DNA of 62,074 nucleotides from Candidatus Hadarchaeota archaeon. GTDB taxonomy: Archaea; CAYQAE01; CAYVLA01. Under the pieces are notes generated by a model. It did no database searches, was not told where the DNA came from, and saw nothing but the letters and a program-made list of their open reading frames with translations. Below are positions 8,689-22,507 of the stretch, in pieces (the stretch's first letter is position 1; each line of letters opens with the position of its first letter). Location of the stretch: the NCBI GenBank assembly GCA_964621445.1, contig CAZUNO010000017.1, forward strand, positions 1 through 62,074. Direction: 5' to 3'. The translations under genes and the position numbers were made by a program.

Positions 8689-9120
8689 ATGGGAGAAGAC
8701 ACCTTTGACCTCATCGAGCGCCGGATGGCCAGACTCGAGAAAAAGATGGAGGAGCGGATGGAGGAGGCCTTCACCCCCTCCTGGGACGTGAAGAGCAAGT
8801 CCCTGGAACCCCTTTACGATGTCCGGGAACAGGAGGAACTGATCATAGTATCCGTGGACCTCCCCTGGGTAAGGGATAAGGAGGACCTGGAGGTACACTG
8901 CAACGGCGATGTCATCGAGCTGGAGGCCAAGCTATGCCGCCCGGTGACCTTTCACAGGTGGGGAACCCTCCAGAAGGAGACCGACTTCAGATGCTTCCGT
9001 AAGATAATCCCTCTGCCCCAAGAGGTGGACCCGGAGAAGGCGGAGGCCAAGTTCAAGGATGGCCTGCTTACCCTAAGCCTCCCCAAGAAGAGCAGGAAAC
9101 GGAAGATCAAGCTCATGTGA
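8689..9120 (+). CDS. Small heat shock protein (Hsp20)
   Basis: PLYDVRE, VDLPWV, IPLPQEVDPEKAEAKFKDGLLTLSLPK. Confidence 0.92.
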   Translation: MGEDTFDLIERRMARLEKKMEERMEEAFTPSWDVKSKSLEPLYDVREQEELIIVSVDLPWVRDKEDLEVHCNGDVIELEAKLCRPVTFHRWGTLQKETDFRCFRKIIPLPQEVDPEKAEAKFKDGLLTLSLPKKSRKRKIKLM

Positions 9121-9213
9121 CCAGGTCCCTGGATTAGCTTCCCGCGCCAGGCAAAAAAGATATATTGATAGCCTAGGCCCTAGACCCCTAGTGCTAGAAG
9201 GAGGAATATTTAT

Positions 9214-10176
9214 TTGAAGATTGGCGTACTTACCGTGCTTTTTCAGCAGATGTCTGTGGAAGAGGCCCTGGACTACGTTAAGGACGTGGGGGCCGAGGCC
9301 GTTGAGCTTGGGACCGGGAACTATCCGGGAAACGCGCACTGCGACCCCGGGAAGCTGCTCTCAGATGATGAGGAAATCAACTCTCTGAGAAAGGCAGTGG
9401 AGGACCGGGGAATGGAGATAAGCGGCCTTAGCTGCCACGGGAATCCCCTACACCCCCAGGAATCGATCGCCAAGGAACACCACCAGGTCTTCGAGGACAC
9501 GGTGCTCCTGGCCGAGAAACTGGAGGTCGACCGGGTGATAGGTTTCTCGGGCTGTCCGGGTGGCTCGGAGGACGCCAAGTTCCCCAACTGGGTGACCTGT
9601 CCCTGGCCCGACGACTTCTCGGAGATAGTGGAGTGGCAGTGGAATGAAAAGGTAATTCCCTACTGGAAGCAGGCCGCTGACCTGGCCGAGTCCCACGGGG
9701 TCAAGATATGCTTCGAGATGCACCCCGGGTTCGTGGTCTACAACACCGAGACCCTGCTAAGATTGAGGGAGGAGGTTGGAGATGTAATCGGGGCCAACTT
9801 CGACCCCAGCCACCTCTTCTGGCAGGGGATGGACCCCCTGAGATGCCTGAGAAAGCTAGGAGATGCCGTGTACCACGTGCATGCCAAGGACACCGCAGTT
9901 GATGGAGTAAACACCGAGGTCAACGGGGTCCTGGACACCAAGGCATATTCGGATGAGATCAACCGGTCATGGATATTTAGAACCGTGGGTTACGGTCATC
10001 CTCTTTCCTGGTGGAAGGACTTCGTAAGCGAGCTAAGGCTCATAGGCTACGACTACGTTCTGAGCATAGAGCACGAGGACAGCCTCATGTCCCCCGCGGA
10101 GGGCTTCAAGAAGGCCTTCCAGACCCTACAGGAGGCCATCATATCCGAGGAAGCGGGAGCCATGTGGTGGGCCTAG
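9214..10176 (+). CDS. Sugar phosphate isomerase/epimerase (xylose-isomerase-like TIM barrel)
   Basis: SCHGNPLHP, FEMHPG, NFDPSHLFWQGMD, HVHAKD, SIEHED. Confidence 0.88.
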   Translation: MKIGVLTVLFQQMSVEEALDYVKDVGAEAVELGTGNYPGNAHCDPGKLLSDDEEINSLRKAVEDRGMEISGLSCHGNPLHPQESIAKEHHQVFEDTVLLAEKLEVDRVIGFSGCPGGSEDAKFPNWVTCPWPDDFSEIVEWQWNEKVIPYWKQAADLAESHGVKICFEMHPGFVVYNTETLLRLREEVGDVIGANFDPSHLFWQGMDPLRCLRKLGDAVYHVHAKDTAVDGVNTEVNGVLDTKAYSDEINRSWIFRTVGYGHPLSWWKDFVSELRLIGYDYVLSIEHEDSLMSPAEGFKKAFQTLQEAIISEEAGAMWWA

Positions 10177-10195
10177 GCCAGATTAAAACCAGGCG

Positions 10196-11518
10196 TTGAG
10201 AGACCTGATAAGCATCCTCCATTACCATGAGCAACGATCCGAGATAGAGAGGAGAATGGAGTCCAGGGAGAGGCAGCTGGACCCCTCCCTGATCAAATCA
10301 GTGGCCAGTACGGTGGAGAAGGTGAGGGCCGGCGGGGATGAGGAGGTTTACCGGGCCACCTCCAGGTTCGACTCCGTGGAGCTGGACTCCCTGGTAGTGG
10401 GCGATGAGGAGGTTCAGAATGCCCTGGACCAGACACCCTCCCGGGTGCTCACGGCCATCGACCGTGCCGCCGACCGCATAGAGAGGGTCAATCGCAAGCT
10501 GCTACCTCTGGAGATAGATGAGTGGCAGGTGGATGAAGCGATCACCGTGGGAGAGAAACACTCGCCCCTTGATTCCGCCGCTCTCTGGGTACCTTGCCGA
10601 AAGGCCCCCCTGGCCTCCACCATGCTCATGCTGGGCGTTTCGGCCAGGGTTGCCGGGGTCGAAAATATCGTGGCGGCCACCCCTCCGCGCCCCGATGGGT
10701 CGGTGGACCCCACCACGCTATCCGCGGCCCACAGGGCAGGGGTTTCCAGGGTGGTGAAGGGTAACGGGGTTGCCCTCATATCAGCCCTCTCATTTGGAAC
10801 CCGGTCCATACCCCGGGTAGAGGCCATCTATGGACCCGGACCTCCGGCCATAATGGCCGCCCTTGGATACGTGGGCATATATGGCATCAGGACCGGGCCT
10901 CTCCTGGGACCAAGTGAGTGCATGATAGTGGCAGACCGGTCATCCGATCCGGCTCAGGCCGCCGCGGACCTTCTAAACGAGTGCGAACACGGCCCCGATT
11001 CCTCTGCCGTACTGGTCACCGATTCCCGGTCCCTGGCATCCAGGGTCAAGGACGAGATAGGTATAATGACAGGCGAGCTTCCCAAACCCAGGGACGAGTA
11101 CGTTTCCCGGGCCCTTTCCCGCACCGGAATGATCGTGTTGGTCGAGGACCTCGACCAGGCCGCGGACCTCGTTAACCGATATGCCCCCGAGCACCTGCAG
11201 ATCTCGCTCCCAGATGATCGATGCCGGGACTTCCTGTCCAGAGTACACAACGCGGGGGAGATTCTTCTCGGCCAGTCGACCCCCTTCTCGGCCGCCAACT
11301 ACGCCATGGGTATTACCGCGGTTCTACCCACGGGTGGATCGGCCAGGGCCTACTCGGGCATAACCTGCAGGGACTTCATGAAATCGAGCACCATAGGACG
11401 GGTCCGACCCCGGGCGCTCCCCGGGATATGTGATATCGTATCCGCCCTGGGCGAGGCAGAGGGCCTACCGGCCCACGTCCAGGCCTGCCTACGAAAACTG
11501 GGAGAGAAACCCGATTAA
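10196..11518 (+). CDS. Histidinol dehydrogenase-family protein with altered active-site residues
   Basis: GPSE, DLLNECEHG, YAPEHL, NAGEILLG, LPTGG, EGLPAH; canonical GDY..G.NHVLPT reads ANYAMGITAVLPT. Confidence 0.85.
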   Translation: MRDLISILHYHEQRSEIERRMESRERQLDPSLIKSVASTVEKVRAGGDEEVYRATSRFDSVELDSLVVGDEEVQNALDQTPSRVLTAIDRAADRIERVNRKLLPLEIDEWQVDEAITVGEKHSPLDSAALWVPCRKAPLASTMLMLGVSARVAGVENIVAATPPRPDGSVDPTTLSAAHRAGVSRVVKGNGVALISALSFGTRSIPRVEAIYGPGPPAIMAALGYVGIYGIRTGPLLGPSECMIVADRSSDPAQAAADLLNECEHGPDSSAVLVTDSRSLASRVKDEIGIMTGELPKPRDEYVSRALSRTGMIVLVEDLDQAADLVNRYAPEHLQISLPDDRCRDFLSRVHNAGEILLGQSTPFSAANYAMGITAVLPTGGSARAYSGITCRDFMKSSTIGRVRPRALPGICDIVSALGEAEGLPAHVQACLRKLGEKPD

Positions 11519-11555
11519 GGCAACAGATAAGAAAAAGGGTTCATATTGTAAAACT

Positions 11556-11904
11556 GGTCGGGAGGGAGAGAGCGGCCATCGGACCTTCGGGAACCGAGGA
11601 AAGTCCCCCCTCCATCCGAAAATGCGAGTGGGAGAACCCACCGAGAGAGATCTCGAGCTCTGGAACAGAAACGACACGGCCGTCGACATGGGTATGATGG
11701 GAAAAGATCCAGGGGTGACCCCGGGAAACGACCCGGACGACGTCGGCGGATTCGATGGAACGGCGAAACTTCGCAGGAGCAAGCCGAAACGAGGCCCATG
11801 AGCTTCGGACGAGGCCTGGGTACGGTGCTCAGTCAAATGCTGCAAGCCATTTCGGGGTGATCCGGAACGGGTAACAGAAGGGGGCTTACTCCTCCCACCC
11901 GACC
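11556..11904 (+). ncRNA. rnpB: Archaeal RNase P RNA
   Basis: GAGGAAAGTCC near the 5' end and AACAGAAGGGGGCTTA near the 3' end (P4); terminal P1 pairing GGTCGGG.GGGAG / CTCCC.CCCGACC. Confidence 0.93.
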
Positions 11905-11968
11905 CAAAGTTCTATTTCTCAGAGTATAGCTAACGCTAGGTGAATATTATCCTTAAAATGAAATGAAC

Positions 11969-11977
11969 AAAAAAAAG
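11969..11977 (-). terminator. Oligo-T tract, candidate terminator of the rRNA operon
   Basis: A-run on the plus strand immediately beyond the 3' arm of the 23S processing stem. Confidence 0.5.
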
Positions 11978-12029
11978 TAAGGCCCAGTTCGTCAAAGCCC
12001 TAAGAAGATCCGCTAGGTTTCGGCGCGGC

Positions 12030-15055
<3,026 letters not shown>

Positions 15056-15197
15056 CTACTAACTAGCTTTACTTCTTCGGATTACTCCGAACTGGGCCTG
15101 TGACTCACCCACATCGAACGGAACGAGCGATGAGATCTTCACTCGGGAGCTCGGCCCCGAAGGACCGATTGCTCGCGAGTTGCACCATGGACCGATA

Positions 15198-15270
15198 TGG
15201 ACCGGCCGGGACTTGAACCCGGGGCCTCAGCCTCGCAAAGGCCGTGCTCTACCAACTGAGCTACCGGCCC
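15198..15270 (-). tRNA. tRNA-Ala(TGC) in the 16S-23S spacer
   Basis: GGGCCGGTAGCTCAGTTGGTAGAGCACGGCCTTTGCGAGGCTGAGGCCCCGGGTTCAAGTCCCGGCCGGTCCA cloverleaf. Confidence 0.97.
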
Positions 15271-15333
15271 ATGGAATGGTTATGATCTCGGCCCCCTTTT
15301 GGCGGTGGAATTGGCTCCACCGAAATGGAATTA

Positions 15334-16849
<1,516 letters not shown>

Positions 16850-17060
16850 TTTTAACTGGTCACATGCTTCCTTTGCCAGGGGGCCGAGATCATGCATCAA
16901 ACCCAAAGAGCGCGTTAACACTCGGAACTTGGGTCCTCATTCCTTTATCATGACGCGGATTCAGTCCATCAATGTAGGCCATTTGGCCACCCTCCGGACC
17001 GACGCCGAAAAGAAGCGCCATGATTCCGTTAGTCTAAGTTAATATCCTAGTTACGCGCAT

Positions 17061-17080
17061 CTATCTTAAAAATATTTCTT
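17061..17080 (-). promoter_or_regulatory. Candidate BRE/TATA promoter of the rRNA operon
   Basis: AAGAAATATTTTTAAGATAG on the minus strand, about 210 nt upstream of the 16S. Confidence 0.55.
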
Positions 17081-17190
17081 AAGGCAATTTCCGTTGCCCA
17101 CAAACGCTTCATAGAGATGTATCTCAAGCTAACCTAAAAAACCTCTCTTTAGACCCCTGCCGTGACAAATGTCCGGACCCGGATCAAAAG

Positions 17191-17322
17191 CGCTTGCCGG
17201 GGAGCAAGGAAGCCCTTACTCCCACCCGGCCGGGATTTGAACCCGGGTCTTGGGAGTGACAGTCCCAGATGATTGGTCTCCCGCTTATCCAAAGCGGGAT
17301 TAGGCCACTACACTACCGGGGC
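17191..17322 (-). tRNA. tRNA-Asp(GTC) with two introns: 21/22 (17273-17300) and 70/71 (17194-17224)
   Basis: Spliced: GCCCCGGTAGTGTAGTGGCCTA^TCATCTGGGACTGTCACTCCCAAGACCCGGGTTCAAATCCCGGCCGGG^GCG; full 7-bp acceptor stem and G73 discriminator appear only after removing both. Confidence 0.92.
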
Positions 17323-17349
17323 AGAAGATCAGCGCCACCTGGCCTCATG

Positions 17350-17368
17350 TTTTAATAAATATTTTCGG
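17350..17368 (-). promoter_or_regulatory. BRE/TATA promoter of tRNA-Asp
   Basis: CCGAAAATATTTATTAAA about 30 nt upstream of G1. Confidence 0.65.
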
Positions 17369-17428
17369 CCCCGCCCTGGAAACCCCCTCTGGCCACAATT
17401 AATATGATCCAGGGTCAAGTTAGCCTCG

Positions 17429-18982
17429 TTGAGCGCCAAGGAAGAGGTCGCCAGAAGGATCATTGAGGGTATTCTTTCCGGTAGGATAGAGAACCGGGAG
17501 CAGGTCCAGAGATCCAAGCTTGACCTGGCCAGGGAGTTCGGACTCTCGGGACTTCCCTCCTCCCTTTACGTGCTGTCCAGGGCCAGATCCACGGAGAGGG
17601 AAAGGGTTCTACCATTGCTGATGAAAAAACCCACCAGGACAGCTTCCGGGGTTTCCATAATTGCCGTTCAGACCTCTCCCCTACAGAGTTGCCCCGGAAA
17701 CTGCATCTACTGTCCCAGCTTCTCAAATGCGGCCAAGAGCTACACCGGCCATGAACCCGCATCAATGAGGGCCATCCAATGTGCCTACCGCCCTGGGCGT
17801 CAGGTGTCCACCAGGCTGGAACAGCTTAGGGCCATGGGCCATGAGGTGTCGAAGATAGAGCTCATAGTCCAGGGGGCCACCTTTCCCGCCATGGACGCCT
17901 GGTACCGGAGATGGTTCGTGGCCCGCTGTCTGGATGCCATGATAGATTTTGGCAATCCGGAGAGCCGGAAAAGAACCCTTGGCCGGGCCAAGATGCTTTC
18001 CCAGGAGGCCGAGGTAAGGCCGGTGGGGATTACCTTCGAGACCAGACCCGATTTCTGCGACCTGGAATCCGCAAGGTTGATGCTTCACATGGGGGCCACC
18101 AGGGTGGAGATGGGGGTCCAGACCCTTGACGACGAAATTTATGACCGAACCCAAAGGGGGCATGCGGTAGCCGACGTCTCCCGGGCCTTCAAGGCCCTGA
18201 GATCCGGTGGACTCAAGATATGCGCCCACATGATGCTAGGACTCCCCGGTTCCAGCAGACAAACCGATATCACCTCCTTCCAAAGGCTTTTCAACGACTC
18301 CAGATTCAAGCCCGATGAGCTCAAGATCTATCCTACCCTGGTTATCATGGGCACCAGGCTCTACGAGATGTGGAGAAGCGGGGATTACACCCCGCTGACC
18401 GATGAACAGGTCATGGATAGGCTCCTCCAAATCAAGAGGGAGGTACCACCATGGGTGAGGATAAAGAGGGTCATGCGTGACATCCCGTCCCAGATGATAT
18501 CCGCCGGACCGAGAAGATCGGATATGCGGAACCTGGTGCAGAGGGCCATGGAAAAGAAAGGAACTAGATGTAGATGCATAAGGTGTCGCGAGGTAACGCG
18601 TGCCGGCGATGAGGATCACCGGTTTGAGGTCACCGAAAGGTCGTATCCCGTTCAGGGCGGCCAGGAGGTTTTCCTGTCCTTTGAGGACCCGGAATCGGAG
18701 ACCCTTGCCTCCTTCCTGAGGCTGAGCCTGGCGGGAGACGAGGCCCGCATTAGGGAGCTACACACCTACGGAAGGGTAGTGGGCGTTGGTGACTCTCCCT
18801 CCCCCTCCCAGTTCCAGCACCGGGGCATGGGCCGTGAGCTGGTCCAAAGGGCGGAGGAGATCTGCGCCGACGGGGGAAATGACCTCATCCAGGTTACCAG
18901 CGGTCTCGGGGCCAGGGAATACTACCGGGACCTGGGCTACCGTCTTAAGGAGCCCTATATGGTCAAGGAGCTCTCCGCCTGA
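17429..18982 (+). CDS. elp3: tRNA uridine(34) acetyltransferase Elp3
   Basis: KPTRTASGV, CPGNCIYCP, KSYTGHEP, ETRPD, LKIYPT, IRELH, FQHRGMG. Confidence 0.95.
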   Translation: MSAKEEVARRIIEGILSGRIENREQVQRSKLDLAREFGLSGLPSSLYVLSRARSTERERVLPLLMKKPTRTASGVSIIAVQTSPLQSCPGNCIYCPSFSNAAKSYTGHEPASMRAIQCAYRPGRQVSTRLEQLRAMGHEVSKIELIVQGATFPAMDAWYRRWFVARCLDAMIDFGNPESRKRTLGRAKMLSQEAEVRPVGITFETRPDFCDLESARLMLHMGATRVEMGVQTLDDEIYDRTQRGHAVADVSRAFKALRSGGLKICAHMMLGLPGSSRQTDITSFQRLFNDSRFKPDELKIYPTLVIMGTRLYEMWRSGDYTPLTDEQVMDRLLQIKREVPPWVRIKRVMRDIPSQMISAGPRRSDMRNLVQRAMEKKGTRCRCIRCREVTRAGDEDHRFEVTERSYPVQGGQEVFLSFEDPESETLASFLRLSLAGDEARIRELHTYGRVVGVGDSPSPSQFQHRGMGRELVQRAEEICADGGNDLIQVTSGLGAREYYRDLGYRLKEPYMVKELSA

Positions 18983-19640
18983 ATAGCTTGCACAGCATGA
19001 ACCAGATCGATCTGGAACCAAACTTGAAGGCATATGATATAGGAGGTCGGCATCCCTTGACCCGGCCATTTCCTTTGGCCACCTGGGAGATGAAGTCGTC
19101 CAGGTCATCGGCATCGGCCATGGTCCTACCCAGGCCGATCAACCGGTGGTCGTGGGCATCGCTGCCCCCGGTCCCGGGAAGGCCGTACTTGGCGGCAAAT
19201 TTGCGGGCGGCAGGATTCGGATAAAGGAGCAGGGAGGCCATCGCGTTGTAGACCTCCACCGCGAGTTCCAGTTCACGTGCCAGCCAGCTCACGGATATGG
19301 TGGACATATAGAATGGGTGGGGTGCCGATACCAGGCCGCCCTCCTCCCTGGTATCCTCAACCACCTCTTCGGGTTCTACCCCTTTCCTCCAGGTCCTTTC
19401 CACCCCTATAGCCAGAAGGTGGCCTCGGCTGGTGGAGACCTCGATGGCCGGAAAGATCAAGGGATCACCCTCACGCCTAATATTCCGGGCCTTTTGGTAA
19501 CCCCTCAAGGTGTCGTGATCGGCTATACATATGGCATCCAGGCCAACCTTGGCCGCCTTTCTCAATATCAGTTTTGGAGAACAGGTGTCAGGCGGGCATT
19601 CTCTACTATAGCTTGAGTGGATATGAGTATCGACGATCAT
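18963..19640 (-). CDS. PHP-domain phosphoesterase
   Basis: DTHIHS, ADHD, GHLL, PHPF, GGSDAH. Confidence 0.9.
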   Translation of the reverse strand: MIVDTHIHSSYSRECPPDTCSPKLILRKAAKVGLDAICIADHDTLRGYQKARNIRREGDPLIFPAIEVSTSRGHLLAIGVERTWRKGVEPEEVVEDTREEGGLVSAPHPFYMSTISVSWLARELELAVEVYNAMASLLLYPNPAARKFAAKYGLPGTGGSDAHDHRLIGLGRTMADADDLDDFISQVAKGNGRVKGCRPPISYAFKFGSRSIWFMLCKLFRRRAP

Positions 19641-19819
19641 TTATACACCTTTTAGGAGGCTCAAAAGCCTTTTTTGCGGCGAAAGGTGTCTTAGAAAGCT
19701 TTCTTTTGCGAAAAGCACTGATTAGACCACTGTGAAACATTTATTAAGTGTATCGATGAGCGCCGGAAAGGTCTAAACATCCTTTTAATGATCGTATAGA
19801 CGATCGGAGGTGCACTTGG

Positions 19820-21979
19820 TTGAGAAGGCTTACAAGTTCGGTTCTATCGATGCTAATTTTGGTAAATCTGGCTTTCATTATGGTTCCAACGGAAGCAAAG
19901 CTTTCGGACACGACATCAAATCTGAGGGTACTTGTTCTCAAGATACCGGAAACCGGGGCGGGTACCGGGCAGTACTGGACCGCTGAGGAGGCCCGGGATT
20001 TTAATAACCAAACCCGGTGGCTCCTGGATCTATATGGAATGCCCTACGACGAGGTCGAGGCCAACTCCCTGACCAGGGAGGACCTCTACGATGGCGACCA
20101 GCTCAAGTACTCGGTAGTCGTCGATAACGGAAACCAGATGGGCGAACTGGACAAGGATGATTTCCTACTGGAGGCCGTTGAGCAGGATGGATTGGGACTG
20201 GTGATGCACACCGTTTCCTCCATGTACGTGAGGGAGGCCCTGGAGATCCAGGATCGGCCTTCCCAGGGATGGAAGGATCAGCAGATCGTGGGCGAGTTCT
20301 CGATAACCAATGACCTTCACTATATAACCAGGATGTTTTATGCTCCCATCGAGCACGTTACCCATAACCTTGCCGGCCAACAGAGAACTAAGGAAAGCTA
20401 CGCCCACGGCATAAGAATTCAGAACCGCAAGGACGAGAGGTTTGCCATCGCGAACCTGGTCAAGCAGACGGGCGAGGGCTCGCAGACCGGAATCGAGAAG
20501 GGGACCCTGGCTCCCGAGCTGGTGGCCATGGATCACGGGGCCGGAAGGGTGGTGTGGTTCGGCCGCCCATACTACGTGTATGGTCAGGGTAGCTACTTCT
20601 TCGTTGAACAGGATTACAGCCTGGTGTTCCTGGTGGGAAGGGCCATAGAGTGGGCATCCCAGAACGGGGTAATGGTCTCCAAGGCCCTTTACCCCAACGG
20701 TAACTGGTTCGCCTACGCCACCATAATGGATGGCTACTATGATTATCCTCCCCCGGGATATGCCCCCAATGTGTCCGTCCCCTCGACTTTTGACCAGCTG
20801 ATTGATAACTATGCACAGGTCGAGAATGTGGTGAATGGCCTGAATATGAGCTATTCTGCAGCGGTTATTTTCAGGCAGAACTCCACCACGAGGTGGGATT
20901 CAGGGTATAACCTAACCTACTGGGAGGCCGGGAAGGAGGCTCTCCGGGCAAGGTTGAACGAGGGCAACGAGCTGGCCCTTGGTGCCTATGATTACGAGGA
21001 TTATGGAGAGATGGTCAGAAGGAGGTCAAGCCGGGTTGTTGATAACCTGGAAAAGGGCCGGGAGGCCATGGGGGAAACGTTCGGTTTGGACAATCCCTCC
21101 TACATATTCAGCTACGTTCCCGAGGAGGTAACCGTGGGCCAGGAGGTCTATCTCGCCGCATATCACGCGGGATTCGACACCATGGTGGGAGGAATATACA
21201 AGACGGACTTCCCGTACGACCTCTACGGCTCGATCTATCCAATGTACCTGAACGGTGCCTACAGGAGAACCGCTGAGGGCTATGAACCGACCAGCGTGGT
21301 AATAGAGAACAACTTCTACTTCGACGCCATAACCGAGGCAACGGACCTTTACTACTGGACCGACGTATACAAGCGGGGCGGTGCCCTGGTAACCAGGCTC
21401 AAGCCCTGGGAGATATACAACCTGCCCATAACTCTATCCAGATTTGAGAAGCTCGTAAACGAGATAAAGGACGAGTATTCCGATGTCTGGTGGACAACCG
21501 TCGACCAGCTTGGGGAGTACACCGCGCTAAGAAGCATGGTCGATATCTCCGCCGTCTCGGAGAGCGCCGGGGGAACCATAAAGGTGACCCTCAAGAACAA
21601 CGCCGAAAAGGCCATCGAGGGCTTTACGGTGAAGGTGAGGCTTGACGACCAGAGCAAGAAGGAGTACAGATACGTATCCCGCCCCATGAAGGTGAACTCG
21701 GTCAGGGAAGGAGATACCAAGCTGGAACAGGGGGACAACTGGGCGCTCAAGGACCCGGTTGCCAATAGATATGGTGCACTCCTCGTGTGGACCGACCTCG
21801 AACCCGGCCAGGAGAAGACCCTGGAAATAAGGACCGGCAGGGGCTATGTGCTGCCCTGGTCGGAGATATTGATGTTTCCCATCTTCTTCTTCGCCGTGTT
21901 CCTGGGCTGGTACCTGTTGATCAGGAACCCGCCGGGAGAAGAGGAGGAGCCCGAGGCGGAACAGGAAACTCAGGGTTAA
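19820..21979 (+). CDS. Large exported, C-terminally anchored protein with a polysaccharide-deacetylase-like barrel
   Basis: Signal peptide; YPNGNWFAYATIMDG, GNELALGAY, DVWWTTVDQLGEY pattern; C-terminal TM helix and acidic tail. Confidence 0.65.
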   Translation: MRRLTSSVLSMLILVNLAFIMVPTEAKLSDTTSNLRVLVLKIPETGAGTGQYWTAEEARDFNNQTRWLLDLYGMPYDEVEANSLTREDLYDGDQLKYSVVVDNGNQMGELDKDDFLLEAVEQDGLGLVMHTVSSMYVREALEIQDRPSQGWKDQQIVGEFSITNDLHYITRMFYAPIEHVTHNLAGQQRTKESYAHGIRIQNRKDERFAIANLVKQTGEGSQTGIEKGTLAPELVAMDHGAGRVVWFGRPYYVYGQGSYFFVEQDYSLVFLVGRAIEWASQNGVMVSKALYPNGNWFAYATIMDGYYDYPPPGYAPNVSVPSTFDQLIDNYAQVENVVNGLNMSYSAAVIFRQNSTTRWDSGYNLTYWEAGKEALRARLNEGNELALGAYDYEDYGEMVRRRSSRVVDNLEKGREAMGETFGLDNPSYIFSYVPEEVTVGQEVYLAAYHAGFDTMVGGIYKTDFPYDLYGSIYPMYLNGAYRRTAEGYEPTSVVIENNFYFDAITEATDLYYWTDVYKRGGALVTRLKPWEIYNLPITLSRFEKLVNEIKDEYSDVWWTTVDQLGEYTALRSMVDISAVSESAGGTIKVTLKNNAEKAIEGFTVKVRLDDQSKKEYRYVSRPMKVNSVREGDTKLEQGDNWALKDPVANRYGALLVWTDLEPGQEKTLEIRTGRGYVLPWSEILMFPIFFFAVFLGWYLLIRNPPGEEEEPEAEQETQG

Positions 21980-22410
21980 CCCCTTGACAACGCCCTGATT
22001 CTCATATGCCTAACCGGAATGGTTTCCATCTGCCCTATTATTCTGAATCTACCTAGGTCCTTTCTCCCCTGCGATTTGAATTTATGATCGGGGAGTAATC
22101 CGGTCTCCCGGTGGTCCGTCTGCCCCAAAACCCTCTCCCTCAGGGCCTGGTCCTGGATGACGGCCTGGACCTCCGTTCCCTGGCTGGAGATGACCATGAC
22201 CGGGGGCATGTCCAGACCATTGAACTCGACAAGTTCAATGTGCCCGCGAGTGTTGAAGAGCTGACCGCTCTTGGGATTTACGGTTTCAAGCTCCCGGACG
22301 TCGACGGATATAACTTCTCCAACCCCTACCCCCCTGGTTATCAGGAATGAGGCCAAGGCCGTGATGAGGAATACCAAACCGATGGCCATCAAAATTGGTA
22401 ACAGGTTCAC
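21976..22410 (-). CDS. Hypothetical protein with N-terminal membrane anchor
   Basis: 144-aa ORF with a hydrophobic N-terminus, filling the gap between neighbours. Confidence 0.6.
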   Translation of the reverse strand: MNLLPILMAIGLVFLITALASFLITRGVGVGEVISVDVRELETVNPKSGQLFNTRGHIELVEFNGLDMPPVMVISSQGTEVQAVIQDQALRERVLGQTDHRETGLLPDHKFKSQGRKDLGRFRIIGQMETIPVRHMRIRALSRG

Positions 22411-22507
22411 GTAAGATCTCCTACCGGGGCCAGATACGGCTTTTCTCGATTAAACTGTAACCTGGAGAAGATATAAGAACGCGAAATGCAAATTTTCCCC
22501 GGTTACC

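Noticed and set aside
17212-17231. Resemblance (CTTACTCC..CACCCG) between the tRNA-Asp intron junction and the RNase P RNA 3' end (11885-11904)
   Set aside because: Short, gapped and GC-rich; most likely chance
17191-17322. tRNA-Asp as a pseudogene or att-site scar
   Set aside because: The apparently broken acceptor stem is exactly restored by a canonical BHB excision, and a good BRE/TATA promoter is present
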